Shown: positions 25,321 to 38,291, counted from the first letter of the stretch. The stretch is DNA of 64,000 nucleotides from Octopus sinensis (GCF_006345805.1 NC_042997.1:194060001-194124000), one strand, 5' to 3'. Translations and numbers: made by a program. Notes: generated by a model not told the origin, from the sequence alone.

Positions 25321-25491
25321 GCATGAGGAGTGGCTGTGTGGTAAGTAGCTTGCTTACCAACCTCATGGTTCCGGGTTCAGTCTCACTGCGTGGCACCTTG
25401 GGCGAGTGTCTTCTACTATAGCCACGGGTCGGCCAAATCCTTGTGAGTGGATTTGGTAGACGGAAACTGAAAGAAGCCCATCAAATATATG

Positions 25492-25566
<75 letters not shown>

Positions 25567-26090
25567 TGTGTGTCTGTGTTTGCCCCCCCCACATCACTTG
25601 ACAACCGATGCTGGTGTGTTTACGTCCCCGTAACTTAGCGGTTCGGTAAAAGAGACCGATAGAATAAGTACTAGGCTTACAAAGAATAAGCCCTGAGGTA
25701 GATTTGCTCGACTAAAGGCGGTGCTCCAGCATGGCCACAGTCAAATGACTGAAAGAAGTAAAAGAGTAAAAGAGTAAAAAAGAGGTGCAGGCGCGGCTGT
25801 GTGGTTAGAAGCTTGCTTATCAACCACATGGTTCCGGGTTCAGTCCCACTGCGTGGTACCTTGAGTGGATTTGGTAGACGGAAACACTGAACGAACCCCG
25901 TCGTATATGTGTTTGTAGGTGTGTGTGTGTGTCCCACCATCGCTTAACAACTGATGTTGGTGTGTTTACGTTCCCGTTACTTAGCGGTTCGGCAAAAAAT
26001 GACTGGCAGAATAATTACTAGGCTTACAACGAATAAGTCCTGTGGTTGATTTACTCGACTAAATGTGGTGCTGCAGCATGGCCGCAGAAT
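25321..26090 (+). mobile_element. Two tandem SINE B copies
   Basis: 25321-25780 is near full length; 25781-26090 is internally deleted. Confidence 0.9.
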
Positions 26091-26111
26091 TATACATTTC
26101 GCACAGGGTTC

Positions 26112-26345
26112 TTTACAAGGTGCATTCCATAAGTTTTTGGACATTTTGAATAAATACAAAAGTCTAATTTGCAATGCACATCTTGTAGCGCTGCGGCCAC
26201 TTCGTGAAAGCCCCATGGAAGTCCTCTCTCGTGAAGGCGCCCAAAACACTTACCATAACCTCTCCCATCTTTTTCAACCAAAAGTTACAGGGAGCAAGGT
26301 CTGGACTGTAAAGAGGGTACGGGACAGTTTTGATGCCCATGCCTG
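26112..26345 (-). pseudogene. Mariner 3' fragment
   Basis: GIKTVPYPLYSPDLAPCNFWL...FHGAFTKW..RY.MCI; TIR-like tacaaggtgcattccataag. Confidence 0.85.
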
Positions 26346-26371
26346 TCAAATAGTATGTATGTATGTATGTA

Positions 26372-26975
26372 TGTATGTCATTATTCAGTTTATTTCGAGA
26401 TTTCTTGCCAGTAGAGAAAGAACCGGTTTCTAACCTAGATCCAAGACTCCTTCATTGGAATTTCAACATCAACAAGAGGGTATGTATGTATGTATATATG
26501 TATGTGCAGATTTGTATGTTTTATGTATGTATTCTCATGAATATATTTGCATATCTAGACATGCTCATGTATATTTAAATGATAAACTTTTGGAAAGTTT
26601 TACAGATTTTTACAGTTCCAGTGATGGATTGGATCTGTAGTTTTCGAATTAGCTTTCTCATTTCTGGTTTTGAGAAGCCTACTTTCTCAAGATTGATATT
26701 TAGGCAGTGTTACATATACCCGGGCCTCAATAATTACAGGTATAAACCTGAATTTGCAATCTAGATAGAGTAACTGTAGATTTCTCAATAGTTCAGCATA
26801 GGTGTTCTCTTTTTCACTGATCTTCAGCTTTATGTTAACATCCGCTGGGCAGCTAGTTTCTACAACAGTGCACAGTTTCTCTTCTCAATCCGAAATCATT
26901 ATATCAGGTCTGTTGTGCTTATATTTTATTGAAGTCTTCACTGGTACATTACACAAGTATTCCTTTTTATTATGC
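26372..26975 (-). mobile_element. 5'-truncated RLE-type LINE embedded in (CATA)n
   Basis: KHNRPDIMISD..EKLCTVVE.SCPADVN..FRFIPVII..KICKTFQKFII*; the 3' UTR contains internal (CATA)n and ends aaactgaataatga-catac. Confidence 0.85.
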
Positions 26976-27180
26976 ATGTATGTATGTATGTATGTATGTA
27001 TGTGTATATAAACATATACACGTTAATTAATGTTGATTAGGCCTACTTCATCCGACATCTTATTCAACTATACTACATAAATAAGCTGTTGGATGAAATC
27101 CCAGTCAAGAAATTTACAATACATACAGTTATATTGTATATACACATATAGATACATATGATATATATACGTGTGCATAA

Positions 27181-27213
<33 letters not shown>

Positions 27214-27216
27214 TGT

Positions 27217-27248
<32 letters not shown>

Positions 27249-27913
27249 ATTATACATACATACATACACATGAGCATGCGTATGTGTACAAATATGTGTG
27301 TGTTACGTATGAATGTGATCCAGGTGTGAACTAATCACACACCACCATATAACATCACAGAAAACGATTTTTTTTTAGTGTGTGTGTGTAAGAAATTTAG
27401 AAAAAGTTTGCAAGATGGAATACATTACTTACGAGTGGTAAATGGCAGAGTGAGGAGAAAAAGCTATGAAACAGTAATTAAAAAAGAAAATTAATTTTCT
27501 ATACGCAGATTCTAGCTTCTGAAGATGTTTAACCACGCAAAAACATTAATCCATGAGGTGAAGGAATTCTTCTAACTGAAAGCAATAATCTGGCTAATTA
27601 ACTTCTCAGCTAATCTCTTGACTCAACTTGAGAAGAAGGAAAAGAAAAATACAAAATAAATGCGTTCAAGAACCAACTGGAATGTACTTTTGAAAATGAA
27701 CGATTTATGATAGAAGTGAATTGTGGAAAGAAGAATAAGCTTTCTCCTGTTACACATGTGCGTGGAAAACAACTGTGAATGCTGGAATCAGGTTATTGGA
27801 ATGGCACGAAGAATCATACCTCAAAGACCAGTCCGAAATATGTAGCAATTTGGAAATCTAGTACAAGAATGTTTACTCTTGCTTCAAGAGAAACAGAGCA
27901 GGCTAAGGATACC

Positions 27914-28331
27914 TATTTCTTTACTACCCACAAGGAGCTAAACATAAGGAGGACAAACAAGGACAGACAAAGGGATTAAGTCGATTATATCGACCCCAGT
28001 GCGTAACTGATACTTATTTAATCGACCCCGAAAGGATGAAAGGCAAAGTCTACCTCGGCGGAATTTGAACTCAGAACGTAAAGACAGACGAAATACCTAT
28101 TTCTTTATTACCCACAAGGGGCTAAACACAGAGGGGACAAACAAGGATAGACATAGGTATCACGTTGATTACATCGACCCCAGTGCGTAACTGGTACTTA
28201 ATTTATCGACCCCGAAAGGATGAAAGGCAAAGTCGACCTCGGCGGAATTTGAACTCAGAACGTAACGGCAGACGAAATACTGCTACGCATTTCGCTCGGT
28301 GTGCTAACGTTTTTGCCAGCTCACCGCCTTA
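27914..28331 (-). mobile_element. SINE A dimer (full copy + headless copy) with 17-bp TSD
   Basis: TSD agcaggctaaggatacc at 27897-27913 and 28332-28348. Confidence 0.93.
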
Positions 28332-28649
28332 AGCAGGCTAAGGATACCATCAACTAGAGTAATTGCAAGGAAAGCCATGAGTTAGAAGGACTCATGTTGT
28401 TGTTGTTGTTGTTGTTTTAATTTTTTATGTTATAGTTGAAGGGAAGGTAGTGCCCATAATCCCTTACAAGGCCCTCTGAAACTGGTTGTGTAGAAAAAGG
28501 AAGGTTTTGCTCTGACCAAATGGGAGGCTTTGCATGAATGCTAGTTACACAATGGATTCCACTAAAAATATCCAAGTGCTAAATGAAGTTAAAACGAGTG
28601 ACGGATTAACACTGTCGACCAAGTAGGCCACGATGGTATTTGAACTCAG

Positions 28650-28878
28650 CGGCGAGCTGGCAGAAACGTTAGAACGCCGGGCGAAACGCTTAGTGGTATT
28701 TCGTCTGCCGTTACGTTCTGAGTTCAAATTCCACCGAGGTCGACTTTACCTTTCATCCTTTCGGGGTCGATAAATTAAGTACCAGTTACGCACTGGGGTC
28801 GATGTAATCGACTTGATCTGTTTGTCTGTCCTTGTTTGTCCCCTCTGTGTGTAGCCCCTTGTGGGTAGTAAAGAAATA
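28650..28878 (+). mobile_element. SINE A nested in an antisense SINE A remnant
   Basis: 15-bp TSD ggtatttgaactcag at 28635-28649 and 28879-28893. Confidence 0.93.
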
Positions 28879-29193
28879 GGTATTTGAACTCAGAACGCAA
28901 AGAACCGTAATAAATACTGCAAGGCATTTCGTCTGACTTTCTTATAGTTCCGCCAGTCCACGTCAGGGTAGGCACTTGCTTAATCGACACTGAAAAGTTT
29001 ACCAAGCACAAGAAAAGTTACAAAAATGTGAAAATAATGAATTAAATGAAAACAAAAACAAAATGTGAAATTCCTTGAGTGGTGTTAAATTCAATTTTAA
29101 ATGTTGCATCGGTAAGTGTGACAATGAAACATGGAGTGCGCACAGGTCAAGCGCAGAAAACTTCATCTAGTTTTTCAGTAACAATTTATAAAT

Positions 29194-29380
29194 TACGGGG
29201 ATGTACTTGCATAGCAAGTGACCTGATCTGAGATCGTGTGCTGGAACGAAAACAATGGCAGCGTGGAAGGTGTTTATAAGCCATTTAAGAAACACACAAA
29301 ATCCGTTAAATTTAAATTTTATTTGTCAAAATATTTTCGTCGATTTGAGACCGCGACCTGTTCACTGACAAAATTCCGTG
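29194..29380 (+). mobile_element. ~180-bp unclassified repeat (second copy at 44967-45145)
   Basis: gatgtacttgcatagcaagtgacctgatc...gaccgcgacctgttcactg is present at both loci; short tacgg/ccgtg termini here. Confidence 0.7.
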
Positions 29381-29715
29381 TTACATCTCATGTATAAATT
29401 AAAAGAGAAAAATTTCACCTACTTTTAATTATACCTGTGAAAGTATTTAAAACGATGCTGTGTTTTGACAGTTCTCTACCTTACTTTTTGTGATATGTCT
29501 TGGGTAAGTCTTTAAGCTGAATCCAGTAGTGGGGACCTTCTACGAGGGATCAAGGATTTTGAGGATTGTCACACCACCTCTTAGCCACTAATCTTCCTTG
29601 ACCTACACTGACCCGGATTAGTAGCACTTGTCAGGATCCCAGCTATGGGTTAATTAGCATGTCACATATTGCCTCCAGAAGTAGCTCACTCGCAGTCACC
29701 CCAATGGACCCAGAG

Positions 29716-29993
29716 TGAAGGCACATGGCCTAGTGGTTAGAGCAGCGGACTCGCGGTCGAGGGATTGCGGGTTCGAATCTCAGACCGGGCGATGTGTGCG
29801 TTTATGAGCGAGACACCTAAGCTCCACGCGGCTCCAGCAGAAGAAGATGGCGAACTTCTGCTGACTCTTTCGTCATTCTTTCCTCCTGCATCTTGCAGCT
29901 CACCTGTGACAGACCGGCGTCCCGTCCAGGTGGGAAACCTATACTGGGAAACTGGCCCTTATGAGCCAGGTGTGGCTCGAGAAAGAACAAACT
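29716..29993 (+). mobile_element. SINE family C with 13-bp TSD
   Basis: TSD aatggacccagag at 29703-29715 and 29994-30006. Confidence 0.92.
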
Positions 29994-30124
29994 AATGGAC
30001 CCAGAGCTATTCAGCTCTTTAGATGCCCCCCTAAGAGAAGGTAACTCCCTACAAATTCTGCATCCCGATAACTACTGGGCTCGTGGCAACTGTTGCACCA
30101 GTCCAATACAAGGTTGAAGGACGA

Positions 30125-30262
30125 GAGAATGGGACTGAACTGGAGCAACGTGAAAGGAAGTGTTTTGCTCAAGAACACAACGCGTCGCCAGGTCCAGGAT
30201 TCGAAGCCCCAATCTTACGATCATGGTGCTGATACCCTAACCACTAAGCCACGCGCCTCCAC
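30125..30262 (-). mobile_element. tRNA-derived SINE family E head (gttgtgttcttgagcaa core)
   Basis: gtggaggcgcgtggcttagtggttaggg...ttcgaatcctgg; relatives at about 2150-2260 and 58689-58800. Confidence 0.75.
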
Positions 30263-30263
30263 A

Positions 30264-30297
<34 letters not shown>

Positions 30298-30407
30298 TAA
30301 TAATAATAATAACAATAATAATAATAATAATGATGATGATGATGATGATAATAATAATAATAATAATAATAACGATGATGATGATAATAATAATAATAAT
30401 AATAATA

Positions 30408-30447
<40 letters not shown>

Positions 30448-30528
30448 GATAATAATGATAATAATAATGAGGGGGGAGAGGAGAAGGAGGAAGAGTGGAA
30501 GAGGGGAGGAGAAGGAAGAAGACGGTGG

Positions 30529-30573
<45 letters not shown>

Positions 30574-30625
30574 GGATGATGATGATGATGATGATGATGA
30601 CGACGACGATGATGATGGTGATAAA
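30262..30625. repeat. (AAT)n/(GAT)n microsatellites
   Basis: Direct reading. Confidence 0.95.
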
Positions 30626-31994
30626 GACGACTATTTAGTCGAAGGAAAATAATCAAAATAGCGATACAAATTCCTACGTTGGAAAACATGAACGTGAATT
30701 GAGACCAGGGAGGGGGAAATATGGCACGTTCCAGAATTGGGAACAATGGAATGATGGAAATTTCTACAGAACTCACTAACTGTACACACACACATACACA
30801 CACACACACATATGTACATATATGCATATATACAAGTACATGTACATACACACACACATGTACATATATGCATATATACAAGTACATGTACATACACACA
30901 CACACATATATATATAGATATATGTATATATACACACACATACATATATATATATATATGCTCACATAGATACATTACGTAAGAAGTCGCCTCATGCATA
31001 AACGTACTTTTGCTGGATACTTTACTCCGTTTCAATTGTATTTCGGTTTGGAGAACAGCCAAATAATTTCAAGAATTTACTGTTGTTTCGAAGAAAGAAT
31101 TCTTGGGCAAAATTCATAGCCATTATTCCATGTACTTTTGTTGAACCTTCTCTCTCCCTCCCTCCATCTCCTCTTCTGTCTCTGTCCCTGTCTGTCTCTC
31201 TCGCACTTTTTGTGTGTGTGTGTATGTATATGTAAATATGTGTGCGTATGTGTGTGTGTGTGTGTGTACATACATACATACATACATACATTCATACATA
31301 CATACATACAAACTTACATACATGTATATGTATCTTTATGCATACATATTGTCTTCATTATCGCTATAACCTGCTGGATTCCTGCCTGAAATACCCGGTC
31401 TCTACAACAATCATCCAACACCACGTTTTTCCCTTTAGTTTTTAATTTTCATTTGGTTCTATATAATTTTTGTCATTTTCATTTCTTATTCTGCCAAGCT
31501 CTACAAGGTGATTCACGGACATCTTGCCTTTCTTTTCCTCTTCTGTTTTCTAAGCAATACACATTCAACGCTTCTAAAAAAAAACAAATGTGTATATGTA
31601 TATATGTGCTGCGTGGACTCCGAAGACGGTAGTATTAGTAAAGGTCGTTCATTTTTCAATCGATCAATCGACCGATTGAGTAAACGGAACCTAAAATGCA
31701 TATCAGAAACTGCTGTAAGTCAGCAATGCACAAATAAATACATCGCCTCCCCCATGCCCCGACATCACCACACCACACCTCACCACCACAACTCACCAGC
31801 CTGCACACACTAGCACTGACCACTTCCCACCACCTACACTATCATCCACACACCTACACATGCACACACGCACATGTCAATGTCACCAGCCCCCTTCTAC
31901 AAGCACATACACGCTCTCACATACGTACGCACGCGCACCTTCGTTATGGGATCCCCCACTACTTTATTATCTCCCCTTCTTCCTAGGTCTCCTT

Positions 31995-32208
31995 TGTGAC
32001 CCTTCTGTTCGGCATTCGCCATGATAGATCGCTAGCCACTAAACCTTTTTCTATATTCTCTCTCTGTTTATTTCCATGTTCCTTTCTGTCGAAGAACGTA
32101 GGCTCGAAACGTAAAAGACTTTCTCACTTCCCGAGCGTTAAACTAATACATCTGTTTGTTGTTTACACACCCGTCTTCGTCCCTTGTTTTTTTTTGTAAA
32201 TTCTCACT
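31995..32208 (+). mobile_element. Penelope-like solo terminal-repeat family copy
   Basis: cttt-CTGTCGA-a-gaacgtaggctc-GAAAC-GTA-aaag. Confidence 0.62.
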
Positions 32209-32242
32209 ATATATATATATATATATATACATATAAAATTAT

Positions 32243-32434
32243 AATTTAGGGCATCTAAGAGATATCACCACGCTAGGAATAACAGCCAAAACTTGACTCG
32301 AAACCCACATTGAATGTTCATACAGCACCAGGAGGGAAGTAACATCTGGTGCTGTATGAACATTTAATGCGGTTTTAGAGTCCAGTTTTGGCTACTATTT
32401 CCAGCGTGGTGGTATCTCTTAGATATCCTAAATT
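32243..32434. mobile_element. Fold-back element with ~90-bp arms and ~13-nt loop
   Basis: atgttcatacagcaccag / ctggtgctgtatgaacat inner stem; aatttagg / cctaaatt termini. Confidence 0.88.
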
Positions 32435-32990
32435 TTAATAATAATTATTACCTTTGAAAGTTTTTATTCCCATGCTGGCCACCTGATAAGATCGGTATTT
32501 AAATAACGCTCTTATCCTTATTTATATAAATATATATACATATATATAGGTTTCTATGTATGTATGTATGTATGTATGTGAATGAATGTATATATATATG
32601 TGTGGGGGTGGGGTGGGGGTGTATCTACATTTGTGCGTGAAATTTTTATATTTATTTTCTTCTTGAATTTCTTCTCTTTATTCATCAATTCACTCTGATG
32701 TTGAGGTTGCTCTTAATGGATAGATAAGTGGAAATATGTCACTTTCGTTCCTCAAGAGTTATGCCATGTGATATCCCTTAATGCCAAAAGCGAAACAGAC
32801 ATTTAAAAGCAATAACAAAACAAAACTTACCTCCTTGACTTAGAAGTTTTAATATTCCCTAAGTACGGGGATCTTTTCTAACCTAAAATTAAATTTGATA
32901 TGAATCAAATTAAGAATTTTAAGCTAAAAAAATCTAATAGTTTCGCCAACACTAAAGAATATATGCATATATGCGTGTGTGTTTTTATAC

Positions 32991-33035
<45 letters not shown>

Positions 33036-33379
33036 ATATATTATAATATATATATATATTATATATTTATATACATACATACATACATACAACATACATA
33101 CATACATACATACATACATACATACAGTAATATTTACGTTATTTAAAGTATTTTAAGCAAAAATGCTAATTATTATTTTCCTTGTGCGATGTATTTGCAC
33201 TCCAGCCAGTAGCTTTCAGTTATTTGTATACATACCTCTAGCTGGCCAAGACAGGTCGTTTCAAAGATTGGATGACTACACGACCCGGAATGGAGCAGAA
33301 AGGACTGCGAAATATCAATATCTGTCACTGCCTTTGACTTCTGGTACGATTTAATTTCACCTAGTTTTGAGTTACTCTG

Positions 33380-34040
33380 AGTTTTTAAGTATAATGCATC
33401 CCAATCTAAAGAAAGACTTACAACCAGAAGCCCTACCATACATATCCACACACAACCCCCTTAACAATGAAGATTCGACACCATCCTCCAGAACATTCCT
33501 CTACTAGAAAGGGACCACAGAATGAATCAAATCCTCCAAATGTACACCATGATAAAGAGCAAAAGACAATCCATGTCAATGAAAAGTATTCTAACAGAAG
33601 TCCAAGTACACTCGTCAACAACATTGAAACCCTCAGTAAAAAAATGCGGAAGACCTAACTGTGGTATATGCATCAACCTAATTGGGGGATCGGAGTTCTC
33701 CTTAAAACAGGCTCAACGTTTTACAGGGAAAAACAACTTCACATGTACTTCGGAAAACTTAATGTATGTGCTAACTTGCTCAGGGTGTGCAGACCAATAC
33801 ATAGGCCAAACCAAAAACAGTCTACGCCAGAGGATGACCCTTCATCGAACCCCGATTGGAATTCAAGAATACAGAAAATAGCATTAAGCGAACACATCAA
33901 TATTTGCACCACTAACGAACAACGCAACACCAGAATTTCCCCCTCTATAAATTCAGGAACAAAGTAACTTGTCAGCGCATTAGCAAAGAATCATATTTTA
34001 TCGCAAAATATAAACCCATTTTGAATGTTTCCACCACAGA
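33380..34040 (+). pseudogene. Penelope-like element, GIY-YIG endonuclease fragment
   Basis: LPYISTHNP; KCGRPNCGIC...FTCTSENLMYVLTCSGCADQYIGQTKNSLRQRMTLHR; RISKESYFIAKYKPILN; frameshifted. Confidence 0.88.
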
Positions 34041-34699
34041 TGACACTGCTACGAGGATCTTAGAATAATACCCACGCAAATATTAAAAACGATATATTCA
34101 GAACAGTCACCAGCATGAATTTATTCAGAAAAATTCTAATCACAAATGCTTCTACCACAATAGGTCACTTTTTAGTCACTTGACCTTTGAAGAAGAGCTC
34201 ACGAACAGTCTACTACTATCATACTACTCCAGTCGTTTTTTCTGCTTTCTCATCTTTTCCTACTCCTTCTTTTCTTTCTCTACCTTTTCTTCTTCTTTGC
34301 CCACTCCTTCCACAGCTGCTGCTGCTGCTGCTGCTGCTGCTTAAACAATCAAAATCCAGAACCAGCATCTCTCATATTAACTTTTTCTTCAGATCTGCTA
34401 CTATCTACTAAGCCTTCACAAAAGAGAGAGAGACAGACAGACAGAAAAAAGAGGAAAATGTCCAACCTATTTCAAAACTACGGAAATATTTCAAAAAAAA
34501 CATTTCATTCAATTTTTCCACAAATTAATTTTTTTATGGCCTTATTCAAATTAGAAAAAGTTGAAAAGACTGAAACTGGTACTAAAATATTCTTCATGAT
34601 AAAATCATTTTAGTATTTTCTACTGTGTCTTATTTTCCTTATACACATCAACTCATGTGTTTTTTCTTCAACCTTCTATATATACGTACATATATATAA

Positions 34700-36160
34700 A
34701 CTTGGATAAAACTTAGATATGTTTCGACCAAAGATTGGTCCAGGCCATGTCTAACTTAATAGCACCACCTGATAGGATTATTCGAATCCTGTTTAAGTCA
34801 AGTTTTGTTTAAGTCAAGTTTTGTTCAAGTAGTGAGTTCTTGTTGGGTGAGTTGTATCCAATTATGGGTGGCTTATCTGGTATTCTTTGAAGGAATCTAT
34901 CCAGACTCTGTTTAAAGTTGATGGGATCCTTTTCCTCTTTGATCTCCCTCGGGACAATGTTAAATAGGGTAGGGCCTGTTGAGGAAAAGAAATTATGTTG
35001 CAGTGTACATGTATGTTGTGATCTTGAATTTGGCAGGGGACGTATAGCCCGTGGTCCAAGTCTTGGATGAACCTTGAAGCTAATGTTTAGGTCGTTTGGG
35101 CAAAGTTGGCGGTATATTTTCCACATCGTACAAATGATGTACCGCTCACGGCGACGCTGGAGGGAGTAAAGTTTCAAGGCTTTAAGGCGATCCCAATAAT
35201 CGAGAGCAGCCATGCCTTCAATTTGTTTAGTGAGAGCCCTCTGGGGTGACTCAATTCTGGAGATGTTTTGTCTTGTGTGAGGAGACCACAGTGGGCAGCA
35301 GTATTCAAGGTGTAGCCGTACAAAGGAGGAAAAAAGTGGTATGATGACACCTTGTTCTCTGGACCGGAAAGTTCTTAAGATCCAGGAACTCATCCTACGA
35401 GCTATATCGACCTTCTTGTTGATGTGTGCACTCCAACTGAGATCGTCATCAACAATACACCCAGGTCTCTGATATTGTTAGAGGCTGTGAGCCGTTCCCC
35501 TGAAGGAAGAGAGTATGGTTGTTTTATTGAGGAATTTCTTCCAAAATGCATCAGCTAAAATTTTCCCTCATTCAGTTGCATTTTGTTTCTGTCTGCCCAT
35601 TGACTCACAGCATATAGATCAGACTGGAGTTGAGTTCGGTCTGCTTCTTCATTGACGATTTGCTGGAGCTTAGTGTCATCAGCGAATATTTTCACTTTGC
35701 AGTAATGTACGACACTGGAAAGGTCGTTTACGTAAATTATGAAGAGTAGCGGACCCAAAACAGTTCCCTGGGGAACACCGCTGGTGACTTTTACTGGGTT
35801 TGAGTGGACTCCATCAACTACAACATGTTGTGTTCTATTCACCAGGAAATACTTAATCCAGTGTAGAACTTTTCCACGGATTCCAACATTTGCCAATTTT
35901 GAGAGTAGGATGTTATGGTCTACCCTGTCGAACGCTTTACTGAAGTCAAGATATATGACGTCAGAGTTCGAACCTGTTCCCAAGGCTTTGAGTACATCTT
36001 CAATGTGGTGTAAGAGCTGTGTTAGACAGTCCCTGCCACAGCGAAAGCCATGCTGATTTGAATTTAGGAATTTGTGGGTCTCCAGGAAGTCAGCTATCCT
36101 TGATCTTAACACTCTTTCAAACACTTTAATGATGTGGGAGGTGAGTGAGATTAGGTGATA
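34700..36160 (-). mobile_element. 5'-truncated CR1-clade LINE (RT domain to 3' end)
   Basis: QHGFR..CLTQLL, YLDFSKAFDRVDH, SGVPQGTVLGPLLF, FADDTK, LEYCCPLWSP, LYSLQRRRER; one disruption near 35555. Confidence 0.95.
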
Positions 36161-36279
36161 TATATATATATATATATATAAATTAATAAATATAAGGGTA
36201 GTAAAAAATTCTAGAAAAAATTTTCCGCTACCAGCGGTCTAGTGAGAAAGAAAAAATAGTCAAACACTATATAATATAC

Positions 36280-36441
36280 ATTCAACAATATAAGGAATGG
36301 CCATATAGGACATTCGACTCGATGAAAGGGGTAAACGTTTTTATTTCTCTTTCTATTTCAGAATTACAACTATTTAGCGGTATGAGTTTTGGCTGCTCTT
36401 TCTAGTGAGTCGAATGTCCTATATGGCCATTCCTTATATTG

Positions 36442-36447
<6 letters not shown>
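36280..36447. mobile_element. MITE with 41-bp perfect TIRs in TA context
   Basis: attcaacaatataaggaatggccatataggacattcgactc at 36280-36320 and its exact reverse complement at 36407-36447. Confidence 0.92.
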
Positions 36448-36525
<78 letters not shown>

Positions 36526-36528
<3 letters not shown>

Positions 36529-36897
36529 TAGGAGTGGCTGTGTGGTAAGTAGCTTGCTTACGAACCACATGGATCCAGGTTCAGTCCCACTGCGTGGCAC
36601 ATTAGCAAGTGTTTTCTACCATAGCCTAGGGCCGACCAAAGCCTTGTGAGTGGATTTGGTAGATGGAAACTGAAAGACGTCCGTCGTATATATGTATATG
36701 TATATATATATATATGTGTGTGTGTTTGTGTGTCTGTATTTGTCCCCCCAACATCGCTTGATCGATGCTGGTGTGTTTACGTGCCCGTAACTTAGCGGTT
36801 CGGCAAAAGTCTCCGATAGAATAAGTACTAGGCTTACAAAGAATAACTCCTGGGGTCGATTTGCCCGACTAAAGAAACAAGTAAAAGAGTAAAAAAG
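36526..36897 (+). mobile_element. SINE B
   Basis: Head, core, internal microsatellite, shortened tail. Confidence 0.9.
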
Positions 36898-36929
36898 TAT
36901 ATATACACGCACATAAAGACAGATGTAGA

Positions 36930-37675
36930 TACATACATACATACATACATACAACATACATACATACATACATACATACATACATAGACATACATACATA
37001 CATAGACATACATACATACATACATACATACATACATACATACATACATACATACATACATAGACATACATACATACATACATACATGCATACATACATA
37101 CATACATAGACATACATACATACATACATACATACATAGACATACATACATACATACATACATACATACATACATACATACATACATACATAGACATACA
37201 TACATAGACATACATACATACATACATACATACATACATAGACATACATACATACATACAACATACATACATACATACATACATACATACATACATAGAC
37301 ATACATACATAGACATACATACATACATACATACATACATACGTACATAGACATACATACATACATACATACATACATACATACATACATACATACATAC
37401 ATACATAGACATACATACATAGACATACATACATACATACATACATACATACATACATACATACATACATACATAGACATTCATACATACATACATACAT
37501 ACATACATACATACATACATACATAGACATACATACATACATACATACATACATACATACATACATACATAGATATACATACATACATACATACATACAT
37601 ACATACATACATACATACATACATACATACATACATACATACATACATACATTCATAGACATACATGCATGCATA
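36930..37675. repeat. ~740-bp (TACA)n array with TAGACA interruptions
   Basis: Direct reading. Confidence 0.98.
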
Positions 37676-37859
37676 GCATGTAAGTCATTCTTCATCTTTA
37701 AAAACATCTTGCTGGTGATAGATTTATATAGCTTTAACAACTCAACTAAGTTTACCTCCTACTGTTAAGCAGTTGTACACATTAGCATAGTACTACAGAC
37801 GTTTGGCCTAGTTCAGCGCATGCGTTGTGAAGTCTTTCTATATGGCCTTAACATAACTG

Positions 37860-38280
37860 ATGATTCAACATGCCACAACGATATTAAAACACGTAATTGA
37901 CCTCTAAGAAATAGGACTCTAAATTTCGTTAAAGATGAACTCTTTGAACTTAGTAGCATACCTAAATTTCAGTAAGTATACTAATCCCTTCTAATCCAAA
38001 TTTATTTCTTGATTACATCTTAATCCAAATTTACATCTTGATTAAGCAAATTAAAAACAGTAAAAAGCCCTGATATTTTCCAACAGAACTTAAAACCACT
38101 ATAATACAAACAAGAAGTCGTCTGCACAAGAAATTACTTAGTATGGATATGATACACAATTACATGAAAACAAATGTGTATACAATTATAATATAGCAAA
38201 ACTAATCTAAAATTTCATAGTAACCGAGATGACTTAGCTAAAAGCAAAACGTATTTCACTTTTAAGGACCACAAAAAAAT
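37860..38280 (+). pseudogene. Highly degraded Penelope-like ORF fragment
   Basis: KQIKNSKK.LIFS..T..Y and KTYFTFKDHK resemble the region upstream of Penelope RT. Confidence 0.4.
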
Positions 38281-38291
38281 AGTCTTACATT

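Noticed and set aside
29716-29790. tRNA gene call for SINE heads (also 45792, 60430-60503, 61060)
   Set aside because: They have A/B boxes but no complete acceptor stem, continue into a shared SINE body and are flanked by TSDs.
36616-37740. 374-aa and overlapping 200-270 aa ORFs (MYVC repeats)
   Set aside because: They are translations of a (TACA)n array that lacks stop codons.
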